A stretch of 64,000 bases of DNA, from assembly GCA_040386535.1 (NCBI GenBank), contig JAZKFH010000003.1:128001-192000 (forward strand), given 5' to 3'. The notes below the pieces were generated by a model, which was not told the origin of the DNA, searched no databases, and saw only the letters and a program-made list of their open reading frames with translations. Each line of letters starts with the position of its first letter. Position 1 is the first letter of the stretch. Below, one piece after another: positions 41,101 to 49,427 of this stretch. The stretch is from Myxococcota bacterium (GTDB lineage: Bacteria > Myxococcota_A > UBA796 > SXON01). The position numbers and the translations under genes were made by a program.

Positions 41101-41470
41101 AGCCGAAGGCCTGGAGAAGGACGTCGGCGAGGTACGCGCCCGCGGGGCCCATGAGGTTGGCCGTGTCGGAGCTGCCAGCCACGGAGCCCGAGACGTCGTG
41201 CGCGTCGTAGCTGGCCAGCGCCACCAGCGTGAAGGCGCAGGCCGCTAGCCCGACGAGCAGGAACACCTGGCGAGCGGCGCCAGTGTTGAGGGCGGCCGGG
41301 AACGCGGTCGGGAACGCGCCGGCGCCCGCGCCGTTGGGCTTCTTCCGCTTCGCGGTCCCCGTGGCCCTCGGCCGCGGCACCGGCAGGCTCGCGCTCGACT
41401 TTGCCGGGCTCTCGGGCCCGCCGCCAGAGCGGTCACTACCGGAGGAACTGCTGTTTCGCACGCGTGCCAT
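38105..41470 (-). CDS. ftsK: DNA translocase FtsK with a long Pro/Ala-rich linker
   Basis: N-terminal TM domain; GPVIT.FE, MPHLLVGGTTGSGKS, DELADLMM, ARAAGIHLIVATQ; gamma domain LQRHLGIGYNRAA. Confidence 0.96.
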   Translation of the reverse strand: MARVRNSSSSGSDRSGGGPESPAKSSASLPVPRPRATGTAKRKKPNGAGAGAFPTAFPAALNTGAARQVFLLVGLAACAFTLVALASYDAHDVSGSVAGSSDTANLMGPAGAYLADVLLQAFGYAAWCALVVGAAFALRLAGRPVGGWFSTMVSGAGFVLLAAALSLALTGVMGHTSSFPPGGVVGLLLSEAIAAQLGRVGAGLVVMTGLLAAATVLFRINWQPLAERAVDQVQRGTPAAVRGVGALGFGAVRASLRVGGAGLDALRDRMRGDEANDDERADEEEYEDDGIEIGHPTTGAAARQALPEPAAAPAALVRRAPEPAVRRAADVRRVPEELPDPGPELPSVWSARKAPPAPPVAVTTGDPDRDAPTKVGGRTLVEVEWEATSTGRRAEPASTPPNLALPAHLRGGMPAPVTRAATPSEVGRPTPVAARPEPAPARVPSPVVGWAADLPEEAPSVPPVARPRGEGTPVARRPEAPPDLREERAPILFRDDVEPASIAPPREPVAHAPAPIVPPRSVPAPVEWADPPSVADDEPQYDEPLDEPLDDMPDHEPVMGHPEDRQAVAFVAPEPIRMPPPERVVAGTGTARVAPTGRRTPRPSGDGVTVLPGNLKSGGAGDDGRAVRATSTPYQLPPLSLLDDHPPVIGGTDEAVLHAMARRLTDTLGEFGVDGRVTAIRPGPVITMFEYEPAAGVKLSRIANLSDNLKMALKAISVRIVAPIPGRGCVGIEIPNEKRQTVWARDVFASAEFRNGDRTLPMILGKDIEGRPFVTDLAKMPHLLVGGTTGSGKSVGVNAMLVSMLYMRTPDELRMILIDPKMLEFALYEDIPHLLHPVVTEPKFASAVLKWACTEMDERYKIMARWQTRHIDTYNQKVDKELQDWTQEKARSYAPKDWPDGELLPIPKRFPFIVIVIDELADLMMVASSDVEASIARIVAKARAAGIHLIVATQTPRRDVITGLIKANMPASLAYQVRSGLDSRVILDQNGAETLLGKGDLLFLRPGTSDLVRIHAPFLSEDEVHRVGDFLRAQGTPKYDLRISSTEDGEESDTPPAEYDEKYDEAVEMAISKGKISTSMLQRHLGIGYNRAANIVETMEREGVVGPADGARPREVLVGQL

Positions 41471-41562
41471 GGAGCCTCGTCCGCGCCATGGTACCCCCTT
41501 CCCCTTGACGCGTCATCCCCGAGGCTGACCCTGCCCGGAGGATCCACCGCGTAAGCAACAGC

Positions 41563-42360
41563 CTAGAAAGCCGACTCGGGGATGTAGACGCGGTCGCTCG
41601 GGCGCAGCACGATGTCCGCCTCCTCGCCGCTCTGGATCCGCTTGAGGTTGACCGGGATGCGCTCGCTGCCGCGCATGATGTAGGCGGCGGTCTTCCGCGC
41701 GGTGCCGAGGGTGCTCCCCGCCTGGGTGATTGCCTGGGTGATCGTCATGCCGTCCCGGTAGGAGATGGCTCCCGGCTTCTGCACCTGCCCGTCGACGAAC
41801 ACGGACTCGACTTGCGGGATGTAGAGGCGGTCACCGGCGTGAAGCTCGATGTCGGCCGCCGCGTCACCTGCGTTGATGCGCTCGAGGTCGACCGGGATCT
41901 TGTTGGTCACTCCGGCCACATCTCGCATGATCCACGCGCGGGTCGCGCTGGCGTCCGTCAGGCCGCCGGCCCGCACGAGCACGTCGCTCACGGTGGTGCG
42001 CTCCTTCTCGAACGCGTAACTTTCGGGCTTGACCACGCCGCCGGTCACGTTGACCGTGCGGCTCCCGTACTTCTCGATGTTCAGGACGACCTGGGGGCGG
42101 ACCAGGACATGGTCCGCGAGGTGCGCGGTGATCGCCCGCTTCGCCTCGTCGACGGTCAGGCCGGCCACCGGCACGCGACCTCCGAGCGGGATGTCGATCG
42201 CGCCGTCCGGACCGACGCCGAACACGCCGCTCATGTCGGCCTCGCCCACGACGTCGAGCCGAAGCTCGTCACCCGGCCCGAGCGAGTAGCTCAACACGTC
42301 CGCCGAGGGGCTCGCTGCCGCGTGTGCCGCGAAGGCCATCAACAAGCAGAACCACATCAA
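41563..42360 (-). CDS. Short OPX (Wza-like) polysaccharide export protein: Poly_export plus 2 SLBB domains, no C-terminal OM helix
   Basis: YSLGPGDEL, DGAIDIPLGG.V.VAGLT, PQV; two V.G.V.KP SLBB units; ends LRPSDRVYIPESAF. Confidence 0.85.
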   Translation of the reverse strand: MMWFCLLMAFAAHAAASPSADVLSYSLGPGDELRLDVVGEADMSGVFGVGPDGAIDIPLGGRVPVAGLTVDEAKRAITAHLADHVLVRPQVVLNIEKYGSRTVNVTGGVVKPESYAFEKERTTVSDVLVRAGGLTDASATRAWIMRDVAGVTNKIPVDLERINAGDAAADIELHAGDRLYIPQVESVFVDGQVQKPGAISYRDGMTITQAITQAGSTLGTARKTAAYIMRGSERIPVNLKRIQSGEEADIVLRPSDRVYIPESAF

Positions 42361-42448
42361 CGACTCCCGAAGCCGGCTCTACGATAGCACCACTGTCGCG
42401 CATCGACACATCTCGCGGAGCTGGATCGGGGCCTGGGACGGTCATCGT

Positions 42449-43837
42449 TCAGTAAGTAAACGTCACGCCCAGCTGTCCCCAGAAGTCGTCGTACTGCGTA
42501 GGGTAGAACGCCCCGTTCTCACAGGCCGGATCCAGGCAGGCCCGCTCGTTCCAACCGGCGGAGACGCCGGCCGACAGCGCGTCGTTGAAGTTCCAGGCGC
42601 CACCCAGCTTCACGCCCACGTTCTGGTCGTCACGGGCGATCTCGCCGTGGAACGCGTCGATGCGGTACGTGACCTCACCCGTGAGGCCGAGGCGCGTGAT
42701 GACGAGCCCCTCGTAGCGCAAGAAGAGGTAGTTGTACGCCACGTAGTTGGTGAAGAACGCGTCCTGGAAGTCCTTGCGGTACCCGAAGGTGACCTTGTGG
42801 TTCCGGAGCGGCGCGTACGCCATCTGGGCATTGACCAGGAAGCCCTCGCTGAACGACGTGAGGTCGCGCGCGAAGTTCTCCTCACCGACGAGGTCGATCT
42901 CCTGGCTGCTCCCGGGGAGGCTGCCGGCGTCCGCCAGGACGGTCTCCTCGTCGTAGTACATCTGGCCGTACCCGACCTCGACCCCCGCCGCGAGCTTGGG
43001 GGTGAACTGGCCGCGCACGCCCCACGAGGTCCGCCAGGCCACCGCGTTGGGCTTGCCGAGGTACTCGCCGTAGTTCACGCCGTCCGACTCGGGGCCGACG
43101 GCGATGATGAGGTTGTTGTCCCAACGGGTCCAGTTGACGGACGCGGTGCCGGTCAACGAGGTTTTCGGTAGGAACTTCCAACGTGCGTTCACAACGGGGC
43201 CGTAGTTGGTCCGGTTGTTGATGTTGGCCTCACCGACACCCTCGACGAGATCTTCCGGCAGCGTGTACCGATCCAGCCCGATGTTGCCGAGGACATCGAA
43301 CTCCAGCGCCGAACCGGGGCGGAGCGTGACACCGCCGTTGGTGTCGTTGGAGATGTGCACCATCAACGAGCTGCCGGTCGTTGTCGGGAGCTCACCGGGC
43401 TGGTTTTGCACCTCGAAGCGATCGTCCAGCCGGAATCCGACGGCGCTCTTGGGAAGCGCCATCAAACCAAACGTAGCATTGAAGTTGGTGAACTGGTCAG
43501 CGTTGTCCGGATGGATGTCATCGTTGGGCTGGAAGTCGAAGAACTTCTTGAGGCCCCAACCGGCGCCGAAGTCGAGCTTGACCTTCTCCCCGTCGAACGC
43601 CAACTCCAGCTCGGGCCGGAGCACCCAGGACAACGCGCCGAACACCGGCTGGTCCCGCCCATCCGCCAGGTAGATGTTGGAGTGGTACTCGAACCCCGTC
43701 ATCACGGAGGGTGTGAGGACTCCACCGTCACCCACGCGGACATGGTCCCCCGGCGCGGCTACGGCGGCCGGCGCGAGGCCGACTACAACCAGCGCCGCTA
43801 CGGCTCTGACCCATCCTCGAGTTGTCTGACGCAGCAT
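42449..43837 (-). CDS. Outer-membrane beta-barrel protein, probable partner of the adjacent OPX protein
   Basis: Signal peptide; YHSNIY near the N-terminus; many amphipathic strands; C-terminal BAM-type motif QLGVTFTY; directly upstream of OPX. Confidence 0.75.
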   Translation of the reverse strand: MLRQTTRGWVRAVAALVVVGLAPAAVAAPGDHVRVGDGGVLTPSVMTGFEYHSNIYLADGRDQPVFGALSWVLRPELELAFDGEKVKLDFGAGWGLKKFFDFQPNDDIHPDNADQFTNFNATFGLMALPKSAVGFRLDDRFEVQNQPGELPTTTGSSLMVHISNDTNGGVTLRPGSALEFDVLGNIGLDRYTLPEDLVEGVGEANINNRTNYGPVVNARWKFLPKTSLTGTASVNWTRWDNNLIIAVGPESDGVNYGEYLGKPNAVAWRTSWGVRGQFTPKLAAGVEVGYGQMYYDEETVLADAGSLPGSSQEIDLVGEENFARDLTSFSEGFLVNAQMAYAPLRNHKVTFGYRKDFQDAFFTNYVAYNYLFLRYEGLVITRLGLTGEVTYRIDAFHGEIARDDQNVGVKLGGAWNFNDALSAGVSAGWNERACLDPACENGAFYPTQYDDFWGQLGVTFTY

Positions 43838-43953
43838 CCCTTCCCGCCTCTACACAGCACGTTCATCGACGCTACGCCGACAACCCGAACCAGCAATTCG
43901 AACATGTCCCATCCTGATGCGGCCGGCAAGGCCCCGCGCCTTACGGCACTGCT

Positions 43954-44493
43954 TCACCGGGGGGTGCTATCGGGCCCGTCGAGGGGCACCTCGATCTCGG
44001 GGATGTCGGAGTCGGCATCGATCGTATTCTCGCCGTTGTCCGTGACCGTGGAGGAAGCGTCACCGCGGTCCACACCGGTGTCCCCGACACAAGCCTGGGC
44101 CTCCGCGAGAAACTCGCGTGCCTTGGTAAGGGCAACCGCAACCTTGCGGAACTCCTGGTCGGCGTGGACCGTGTCGTTGGATGCCAAGGAGAGTCTCATT
44201 GTGTTCGCCGACTGACGGGACACCTCCAGGAGGGCGCGCAGCGGCGTCAACTTCCGGGTGAGACACTCGATCTCCTCGACGTTCTTCTCCTTCTCCGCGG
44301 CGGTCAGGAGCGCCTCCACCGTCTTCACGGAGTCCTCGATCTCGGCGAGGGCCGCGTCGGTGAACTGGGTCTTCTCCTTCGGCGAGGTGGTGGAGGACTG
44401 CTCCAGCTCACCGGTGATGCCGGGCGTCTGCGCGAAAGCAGGGGCCGCGAGCAGCAACCCCATGACACCGAGGAGAGAGGCGAACTGGCGCAT
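43954..44493 (-). CDS. Secreted helical hypothetical protein with a Cys pair
   Basis: Signal peptide ending AFA-Q; helical core IECL...AQACVG; acidic Pro-rich tail. Confidence 0.7.
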   Translation of the reverse strand: MRQFASLLGVMGLLLAAPAFAQTPGITGELEQSSTTSPKEKTQFTDAALAEIEDSVKTVEALLTAAEKEKNVEEIECLTRKLTPLRALLEVSRQSANTMRLSLASNDTVHADQEFRKVAVALTKAREFLAEAQACVGDTGVDRGDASSTVTDNGENTIDADSDIPEIEVPLDGPDSTPR

Positions 44494-44569
44494 GACGGGC
44501 TCCGAGGAAGCGTAGAGCGTGACTATACCCCCTCGCGAGCGGCCCCGCCCGCAAATGCCAGCCGGCCGA

Positions 44570-45916
44570 CTACTGGCCGGACACGACCCAGGGGAACTCC
44601 TGAACCTCGGCGGTGAGCGTCTCGTCGAAGCGGAACATGCGGACCGCGCCCACGATGCACTGACCAAGCTTGGCATCGCCGGTCGAATTCTTGACGAGAT
44701 GCGACTCGGTCACCTTTCCGGCGTTGATGGTCCAACCGACGGACACACGACCGTTCACGGACGGGTTGGCCTTGAGCGACGACTCGAGGCACGTCTGGAT
44801 GCGGCCCTGGCTCTTCTTGACGACGCTCGCGATGTTGCCGGCGTCACCGGATTCCACGTCCGCGTCCGCCGTGCCAACGTCGATCTTCGCCTTGACGGCC
44901 ACCTTCACTGTGCCGGTCCCCACGGTGCCGTTGCCACCGCTCGCGTTCCCGACGCCGACCGTGGCGTCCGTGCTGTTGCCCTTGCCACCGGACTTGGCGC
45001 CCCCGACATTGCCGGCGTCCGCCTGCTCCACGCCGGACACCCCGGCGAGCGCGCGGTCGAGGCCCGCCATGGCGGCGCCATCGTCCCCCAGGATGTCGGC
45101 CACCACGTCGGAGCCGTTCGCGTTGCCCGACGTGCCGATCATCTGGAGCAGCAGCGACTTCTTGGCAACCGAATCCTTGCTCGGCGGCGAGGGCGTGTCG
45201 GGGCTGTTGTCCGCCGCGGGCTTCTTCTCGGCGGGCTTGTCCGCCTTCTCCTCGGGCTTCACGCCCTCATCGCCAGGGACCGGAACGTCCTGGACCAGCT
45301 CGACCGCCTCGATCTTCCGCTCGACCACGAGGGTCAGGGCGTCCTTCAGGGCGTCGAGGTCGACGTACTCGCGCGGCGGCGTGGTGTAGACCCACGCCAT
45401 GAACGCGGCGGCCACGAGCGAGAAGACGCCGAGGAGGCCGTGGAAGAGCGGATCGTCCTCGTCGAGGAGGCGCGGCCGGAAGTCGGCGGCCGTGACGGCG
45501 CGGACGGGCTCGGGGGGCGCGGGAACGAACTGGAACAGGATGGTGGACGAGCCGATCGTCACCTTCCCGCGCACGTTCTCGTTGAGCTGGTAGAAGTAGA
45601 GGTCACCCTTCTTGACGGCCTCGCCGCGCTGCCGGATCTCGTCCAGGCCACGGATGCCGTCCTTCCACGAGATCTTCCCCTCCACCCAGTCGGGCACGGA
45701 CAACACGTAGCTGTCGCCCTTGGCGATGAAGAGCTCGAACCGGGGCGGGAGCTTGGTGCCGGTGAGCACGAAGCTGTTCCGCGGGTTCTCGCCGATCGTC
45801 ACGGTCTCGCCGATCTTCAGGACCTTCTCCTGAACGATCTTCTGGTCCTGCGCCATCCCGATCCGGAGGACCTTGGGGAGCGGCTTCTGGGAGGTCTGGG
45901 GGGCCGTGGCGCTCAT
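44570..45916 (-). CDS. GltG/PglI (AgmX/PglI C-terminal domain)-like TonB-type transducer
   Basis: Cytoplasmic FHA-like beta domain (VTIG, RGKVTIGSSTILFQF); 1 TM; Gly/Ala-rich linker; C-terminal IQTCLESSLKANPSVNGRV..W.I..G.V..CIV...FRF..FPW. Confidence 0.8.
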   Translation of the reverse strand: MSATAPQTSQKPLPKVLRIGMAQDQKIVQEKVLKIGETVTIGENPRNSFVLTGTKLPPRFELFIAKGDSYVLSVPDWVEGKISWKDGIRGLDEIRQRGEAVKKGDLYFYQLNENVRGKVTIGSSTILFQFVPAPPEPVRAVTAADFRPRLLDEDDPLFHGLLGVFSLVAAAFMAWVYTTPPREYVDLDALKDALTLVVERKIEAVELVQDVPVPGDEGVKPEEKADKPAEKKPAADNSPDTPSPPSKDSVAKKSLLLQMIGTSGNANGSDVVADILGDDGAAMAGLDRALAGVSGVEQADAGNVGGAKSGGKGNSTDATVGVGNASGGNGTVGTGTVKVAVKAKIDVGTADADVESGDAGNIASVVKKSQGRIQTCLESSLKANPSVNGRVSVGWTINAGKVTESHLVKNSTGDAKLGQCIVGAVRMFRFDETLTAEVQEFPWVVSGQ

Positions 45917-46033
45917 GGGAGGCCTCTGGGGGTGGGAAGTACGGACAACGGCCAGCGTCGTGGGTTCACACGAATGTCGCACCGGAGCTCGCCCGCGGGT
46001 TCGACCCCGACTTCGAGCACTCGGGGCCGTTCA

Positions 46034-46540
46034 TTAGCCGGAGTCGTTGATGACGACAAAGCGGAACTGGCCGAACCCTGCCTGTCCTGCCGTGTAGAGT
46101 AGCTCTCCCAGCACCGAAAACGGAACGGCCCGGTCGCACTGTACCGACAGGAGCGGGTTCGCCGCCTCTTGTTGCCCTTGCATCGGACTTACGCGCGCCA
46201 GGTTTCCGGCGTCGACGAGGCGCTCGTGGAGCGCGTCCACCGTGCGCCCGGTGCGCGCGGTGCCCGCCGGGAGCGTGCCGTCGGCGAGGCGCAGGACCTC
46301 CACACCGTTCACCGATACCCGATCGGGGGTCACCGTGAGGACGACCCCCTGCTCCACCGCCTGCGTCACGCCGGCGGACGGGAGGGAGACATCCTGATCG
46401 GACTCGTTCGCAGGATCGAGGAGATTCAGGAGGAAGACGAGGATGATGGTGAACATGTCCATCATCGACGTCAGCATGAACGGGGCGCTCGTCGGGATCC
46501 GGTTCTTGCGCGCCGAGAGCCGAAGACGGCCGCGGCTCAC
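46034..46540 (-). CDS. ExbD/TolR family protein (AglS-like)
   Basis: LTSMMDMFTIILVFLL; VQCDRAVPF..L..LLYTAGQAGF. Confidence 0.85.
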   Translation of the reverse strand: MSRGRLRLSARKNRIPTSAPFMLTSMMDMFTIILVFLLNLLDPANESDQDVSLPSAGVTQAVEQGVVLTVTPDRVSVNGVEVLRLADGTLPAGTARTGRTVDALHERLVDAGNLARVSPMQGQQEAANPLLSVQCDRAVPFSVLGELLYTAGQAGFGQFRFVVINDSG

Positions 46541-47022
46541 GGAGCCCCCGCGGCGATGAGCGGCGTCGGGAACAGCGGCTCGCCACCGTCCGCGCGGGCT
46601 CGGCTCGCCTCCATCACGCGCACGAGGACGTCATAGGGGACGGTCGGCCCCGGAGCGAGGACCACGCGGTTCTCGGTCGGGTGGAGGCGCTTCGCGGAGA
46701 TCAGGGAGCGGTTCAGCGAAGCGTAGTCGTAGGTGTCCGGCGTGCACGCGCCGATGCATGGGATGCGCGGATCCGCCGCGTCGCTCCCGCCGACGACGAA
46801 GCCCTCGGGCGTGATGACGACCGAGACCACCCGCTTCTCCTGCTCCATGAACGCTTCTGTCGACGGGGCCGGGGACGACGGCAGGACCGGCCCTTGTGCC
46901 GGCATCTGCGAGAGCGACACGAAGCGGACGGACAGGAGCAACATCGGGATGAGGTGCACGATGAGGCTCATCACGGGGATGACGTCCAGCTCGGAGGTTT
47001 CCTCGACCCGACGGCGCGCCAC
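46537..47022 (-). CDS. ExbD/TolR family protein (AglQ-like) lacking the canonical TM Asp
   Basis: ELDVIPVMSLIVHLIPMLL; VVLAPGPTVPYDVLVRVMEASR; LFP; GTG start at 47022. Confidence 0.8.
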   Translation of the reverse strand: MARRRVEETSELDVIPVMSLIVHLIPMLLLSVRFVSLSQMPAQGPVLPSSPAPSTEAFMEQEKRVVSVVITPEGFVVGGSDAADPRIPCIGACTPDTYDYASLNRSLISAKRLHPTENRVVLAPGPTVPYDVLVRVMEASRARADGGEPLFPTPLIAAGAP

Positions 47023-47030
47023 CCCGGCGC

Positions 47031-47705
47031 CTACGTGTGGAACGGAAGGACCGGCGCCCCGCCGCCCTGCCCCGTGCCGCGTTGCCGCGTCGCATTGAGC
47101 AGGTTCACGAGCTTCACCGCGTGGTGGTCGAGCTCCTCGAGCACGGCGTTGGCCCGCGCCGCGATGAATCCGTGCGCCAGGAGCAGCGGGATCGACACGA
47201 GCAGCCCGAAGAAGGTCGTGTACATCGCGACCGCGATGCCCTCGGCGAGCGCGGTCGACTTCGCCGCCGCGGTGGCCTCGCTCACGGCGTGAAACGACAG
47301 GATCAACCCCTGGATCGTGCCGAGGAGGCCGAGCAGGGTGGAGACGTTGGCAAACATCGGCAGGTACCCGATGCGGCGGCTCACCATCGGGAAGATCTCG
47401 AGCTGCTCCTCCTCGATGGCGTCGCGAATCTCGGCCTCGGGACGCGACGCGCGGACGAGCCCCGCCTTGAGCACCCGCGGCAGGGCCGCGCTGGGCTCGG
47501 AGTTGCAGAGCCGCACCGCCTGATCGACGTTTCCGTCGAGCACCGCGCGCTGCACCTGCGCCATGAACGCGGGGGCGTTGATGCCGGCCCGGTAGAACAC
47601 GTAGAAGAGCCGCTCGAGCGCCACCGACAAGCCCACCACGGCGACGAACAGGATGGGCCACATGAAGAACCCGCCTTCCCGCATCGCGTCGGCAATCACA
47701 CTCAC
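47031..47705 (-). CDS. MotA/TolQ/ExbB proton channel protein
   Basis: GGFFMWPI..ALER; ANVSTLLGLLGTIQGLI; GIAVAMYTTFFGL; GGAGG SD. Confidence 0.9.
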   Translation of the reverse strand: MSVIADAMREGGFFMWPILFVAVVGLSVALERLFYVFYRAGINAPAFMAQVQRAVLDGNVDQAVRLCNSEPSAALPRVLKAGLVRASRPEAEIRDAIEEEQLEIFPMVSRRIGYLPMFANVSTLLGLLGTIQGLILSFHAVSEATAAAKSTALAEGIAVAMYTTFFGLLVSIPLLLAHGFIAARANAVLEELDHHAVKLVNLLNATRQRGTGQGGGAPVLPFHT

Positions 47706-47763
47706 GCGCGCCTCCCTTTGGATCCCCGAGCACAATCGCGATCGCGGATTGCTGCGAACACGG

Positions 47764-47991
47764 TCAGAACGGCTTCGAGTCCACCGACTGCACGATCTTG
47801 GGGAGGAAGCTCTCCTTCAGCTCGAGCTCGTACTTGGGCGTCAGGTTCTGCTTGGTGATGAGGATCTGGATCTCGGGCTTCTGGATCTTGCCGATGACCG
47901 TCTGTTCCTCGAACGTGATCGCTCGCTCGGCATGCGCCGCCGTGGGCGCGAGCACCAGGGCGAGGATCATCAGGCTGCGGAAGCGGTTCAT
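47764..47991 (-). CDS. GltF/CglF-like small secreted protein
   Basis: Signal peptide ending AHA; ITFEEQTVIGKIQKPE and ESFLPKIVQSV; position after the TPR lipoprotein. Confidence 0.7.
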   Translation of the reverse strand: MNRFRSLMILALVLAPTAAHAERAITFEEQTVIGKIQKPEIQILITKQNLTPKYELELKESFLPKIVQSVDSKPF

Positions 47992-47993
47992 GA

Positions 47994-49427
47994 TCAACCT
48001 CCCCAAGGATCTTGGCTGCCGTCCGGCGAAGGAGCGGGCTGTGGGACGGGCGTCGGGGCCGCGTCGGGGGCCGGAGCAGGCGCTCCCGAACCGTCGGGAG
48101 CAGGCGCACCATCCGGCGTCGGAGCGACAGGCTGCTCGTCCGGCTGTTGGCGCTCCGCGGCTTCCTTTTTCTGGCGCTCGTCGTCGCGACGGCGCTTGTC
48201 CTCGGCGCGCTTCTGCTCCTTCTTGACGGACGCCACCCAGGCGTCGATCTCGTCCGCGGGCTTGCCCCCGGCGCGACGGTAGTCCTCGATGGATTGAAGC
48301 GCTGCATCGTACGCTTTCATGTAATCACCATAGAGGACCCCGAGGTTCCTGTACGGCTCCGGATCGGCCGGCGACAGGCGGAGTGCCTCCAGGTAGGCCT
48401 TCTTGGCGTCCTCGAAGCGACCCTCTCCGCGGTACGCGATGCCGAGGTTCAGCTGGACGCCCCCGTCCTTCGGCGCGATGCGCGCCGCGCGCTCGAGCAG
48501 CGGGGTGGCGTCGTTCCAGCTGCGGTTGTCCATGTAGTACCCGGCCAGGTACAAGAGCGCCGGGAGCTGGTACGGGTCGAGCTCCAGCGCCTTCTGGAAG
48601 CTCTGGAGCGCGTCGCCCGTGTAATCGAGGCGGTAGTAGACCTCGCCCAACACCGCGTACAGGGGCGCGTTGCCCTTTGCGCCGTCGATGTCGTTCTGCG
48701 CTTTCTGGAGCGTGAACCGCGCGAGATCGAACTGCTTCGTGTCCAGGTAGACCAGCGCGAGCTCGTTGTAGACCGGAATGGCCTTGCTGTTGATCCCGAG
48801 CGCCGCCTTGGCCTCGGCGATCGCCTCGTCGTAGCGCTTGAGCTGGCGCAGGCCGGAGATCGTCGCGGTCCGGAGCTCGATGCTCTCGGGCGCGTAGCGG
48901 GCCCCCGCCTGGAAGCTCGCGAGCGCGAGATCCGCGCGCCCGGCGGCCATGGACAACACACCGAGGTTCAGCCACGCCTTCGCAAAGGTGGGGTCGACCT
49001 CGGTAGTGCGGGTCCACGCGCGGCGGGCCTCGGGCTCCTGGCCGAGACGCTGGTGGGCGACACCGATGTTGTAGTGGATCGCCGCCACGTCCGGGTTCTC
49101 CACCACTTCGGCCTGGAGGATCTCGAGCGCCCGCCGGGCGCGACTCTCGTCCTCCGAGGTGAGGTGGGACACGGCGTCGTCCACCTTCCGCTTCACGCCG
49201 TCCTTGCGGGACTCCATGGGCGGGGCGGCGGCGGTGCCCGAGGTGGCAGAGGGATCGGCACCTGCGGCCGGCTCTGTGGGCGCCGACGGCGCGGGCATGT
49301 TCGACGCCGGGGCGGTCCCCGAAGGTGCGGTCTCCACGGGGGCCGTCGGATCGACCGACGCGGTGGAGACGGGTGCCTTCGGCACGCAGCCCACGAGCAA
49401 GGCGAGGAGGACGAGGCGCGAGGTCAT
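47994..49427 (-). CDS. TPR lipoprotein, GltE/AglT-like
   Basis: Lipobox LLVGC; multiple TPRs (HYNIGV, WLNLGV, LNLGIAYRG, YRNLGVLY); coiled coil and Pro-rich tail. Confidence 0.75.
   Translation of the reverse strand: MTSRLVLLALLVGCVPKAPVSTASVDPTAPVETAPSGTAPASNMPAPSAPTEPAAGADPSATSGTAAAPPMESRKDGVKRKVDDAVSHLTSEDESRARRALEILQAEVVENPDVAAIHYNIGVAHQRLGQEPEARRAWTRTTEVDPTFAKAWLNLGVLSMAAGRADLALASFQAGARYAPESIELRTATISGLRQLKRYDEAIAEAKAALGINSKAIPVYNELALVYLDTKQFDLARFTLQKAQNDIDGAKGNAPLYAVLGEVYYRLDYTGDALQSFQKALELDPYQLPALLYLAGYYMDNRSWNDATPLLERAARIAPKDGGVQLNLGIAYRGEGRFEDAKKAYLEALRLSPADPEPYRNLGVLYGDYMKAYDAALQSIEDYRRAGGKPADEIDAWVASVKKEQKRAEDKRRRDDERQKKEAAERQQPDEQPVAPTPDGAPAPDGSGAPAPAPDAAPTPVPQPAPSPDGSQDPWGG

Noticed and set aside
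41505..41515. TTGACG and the TGACGCGTCA palindrome upstream of ftsK
   Set aside because: The orientation is wrong for ftsK, there is no -10-like element at 17 nt, and a single 10-bp palindrome is not significant on its own
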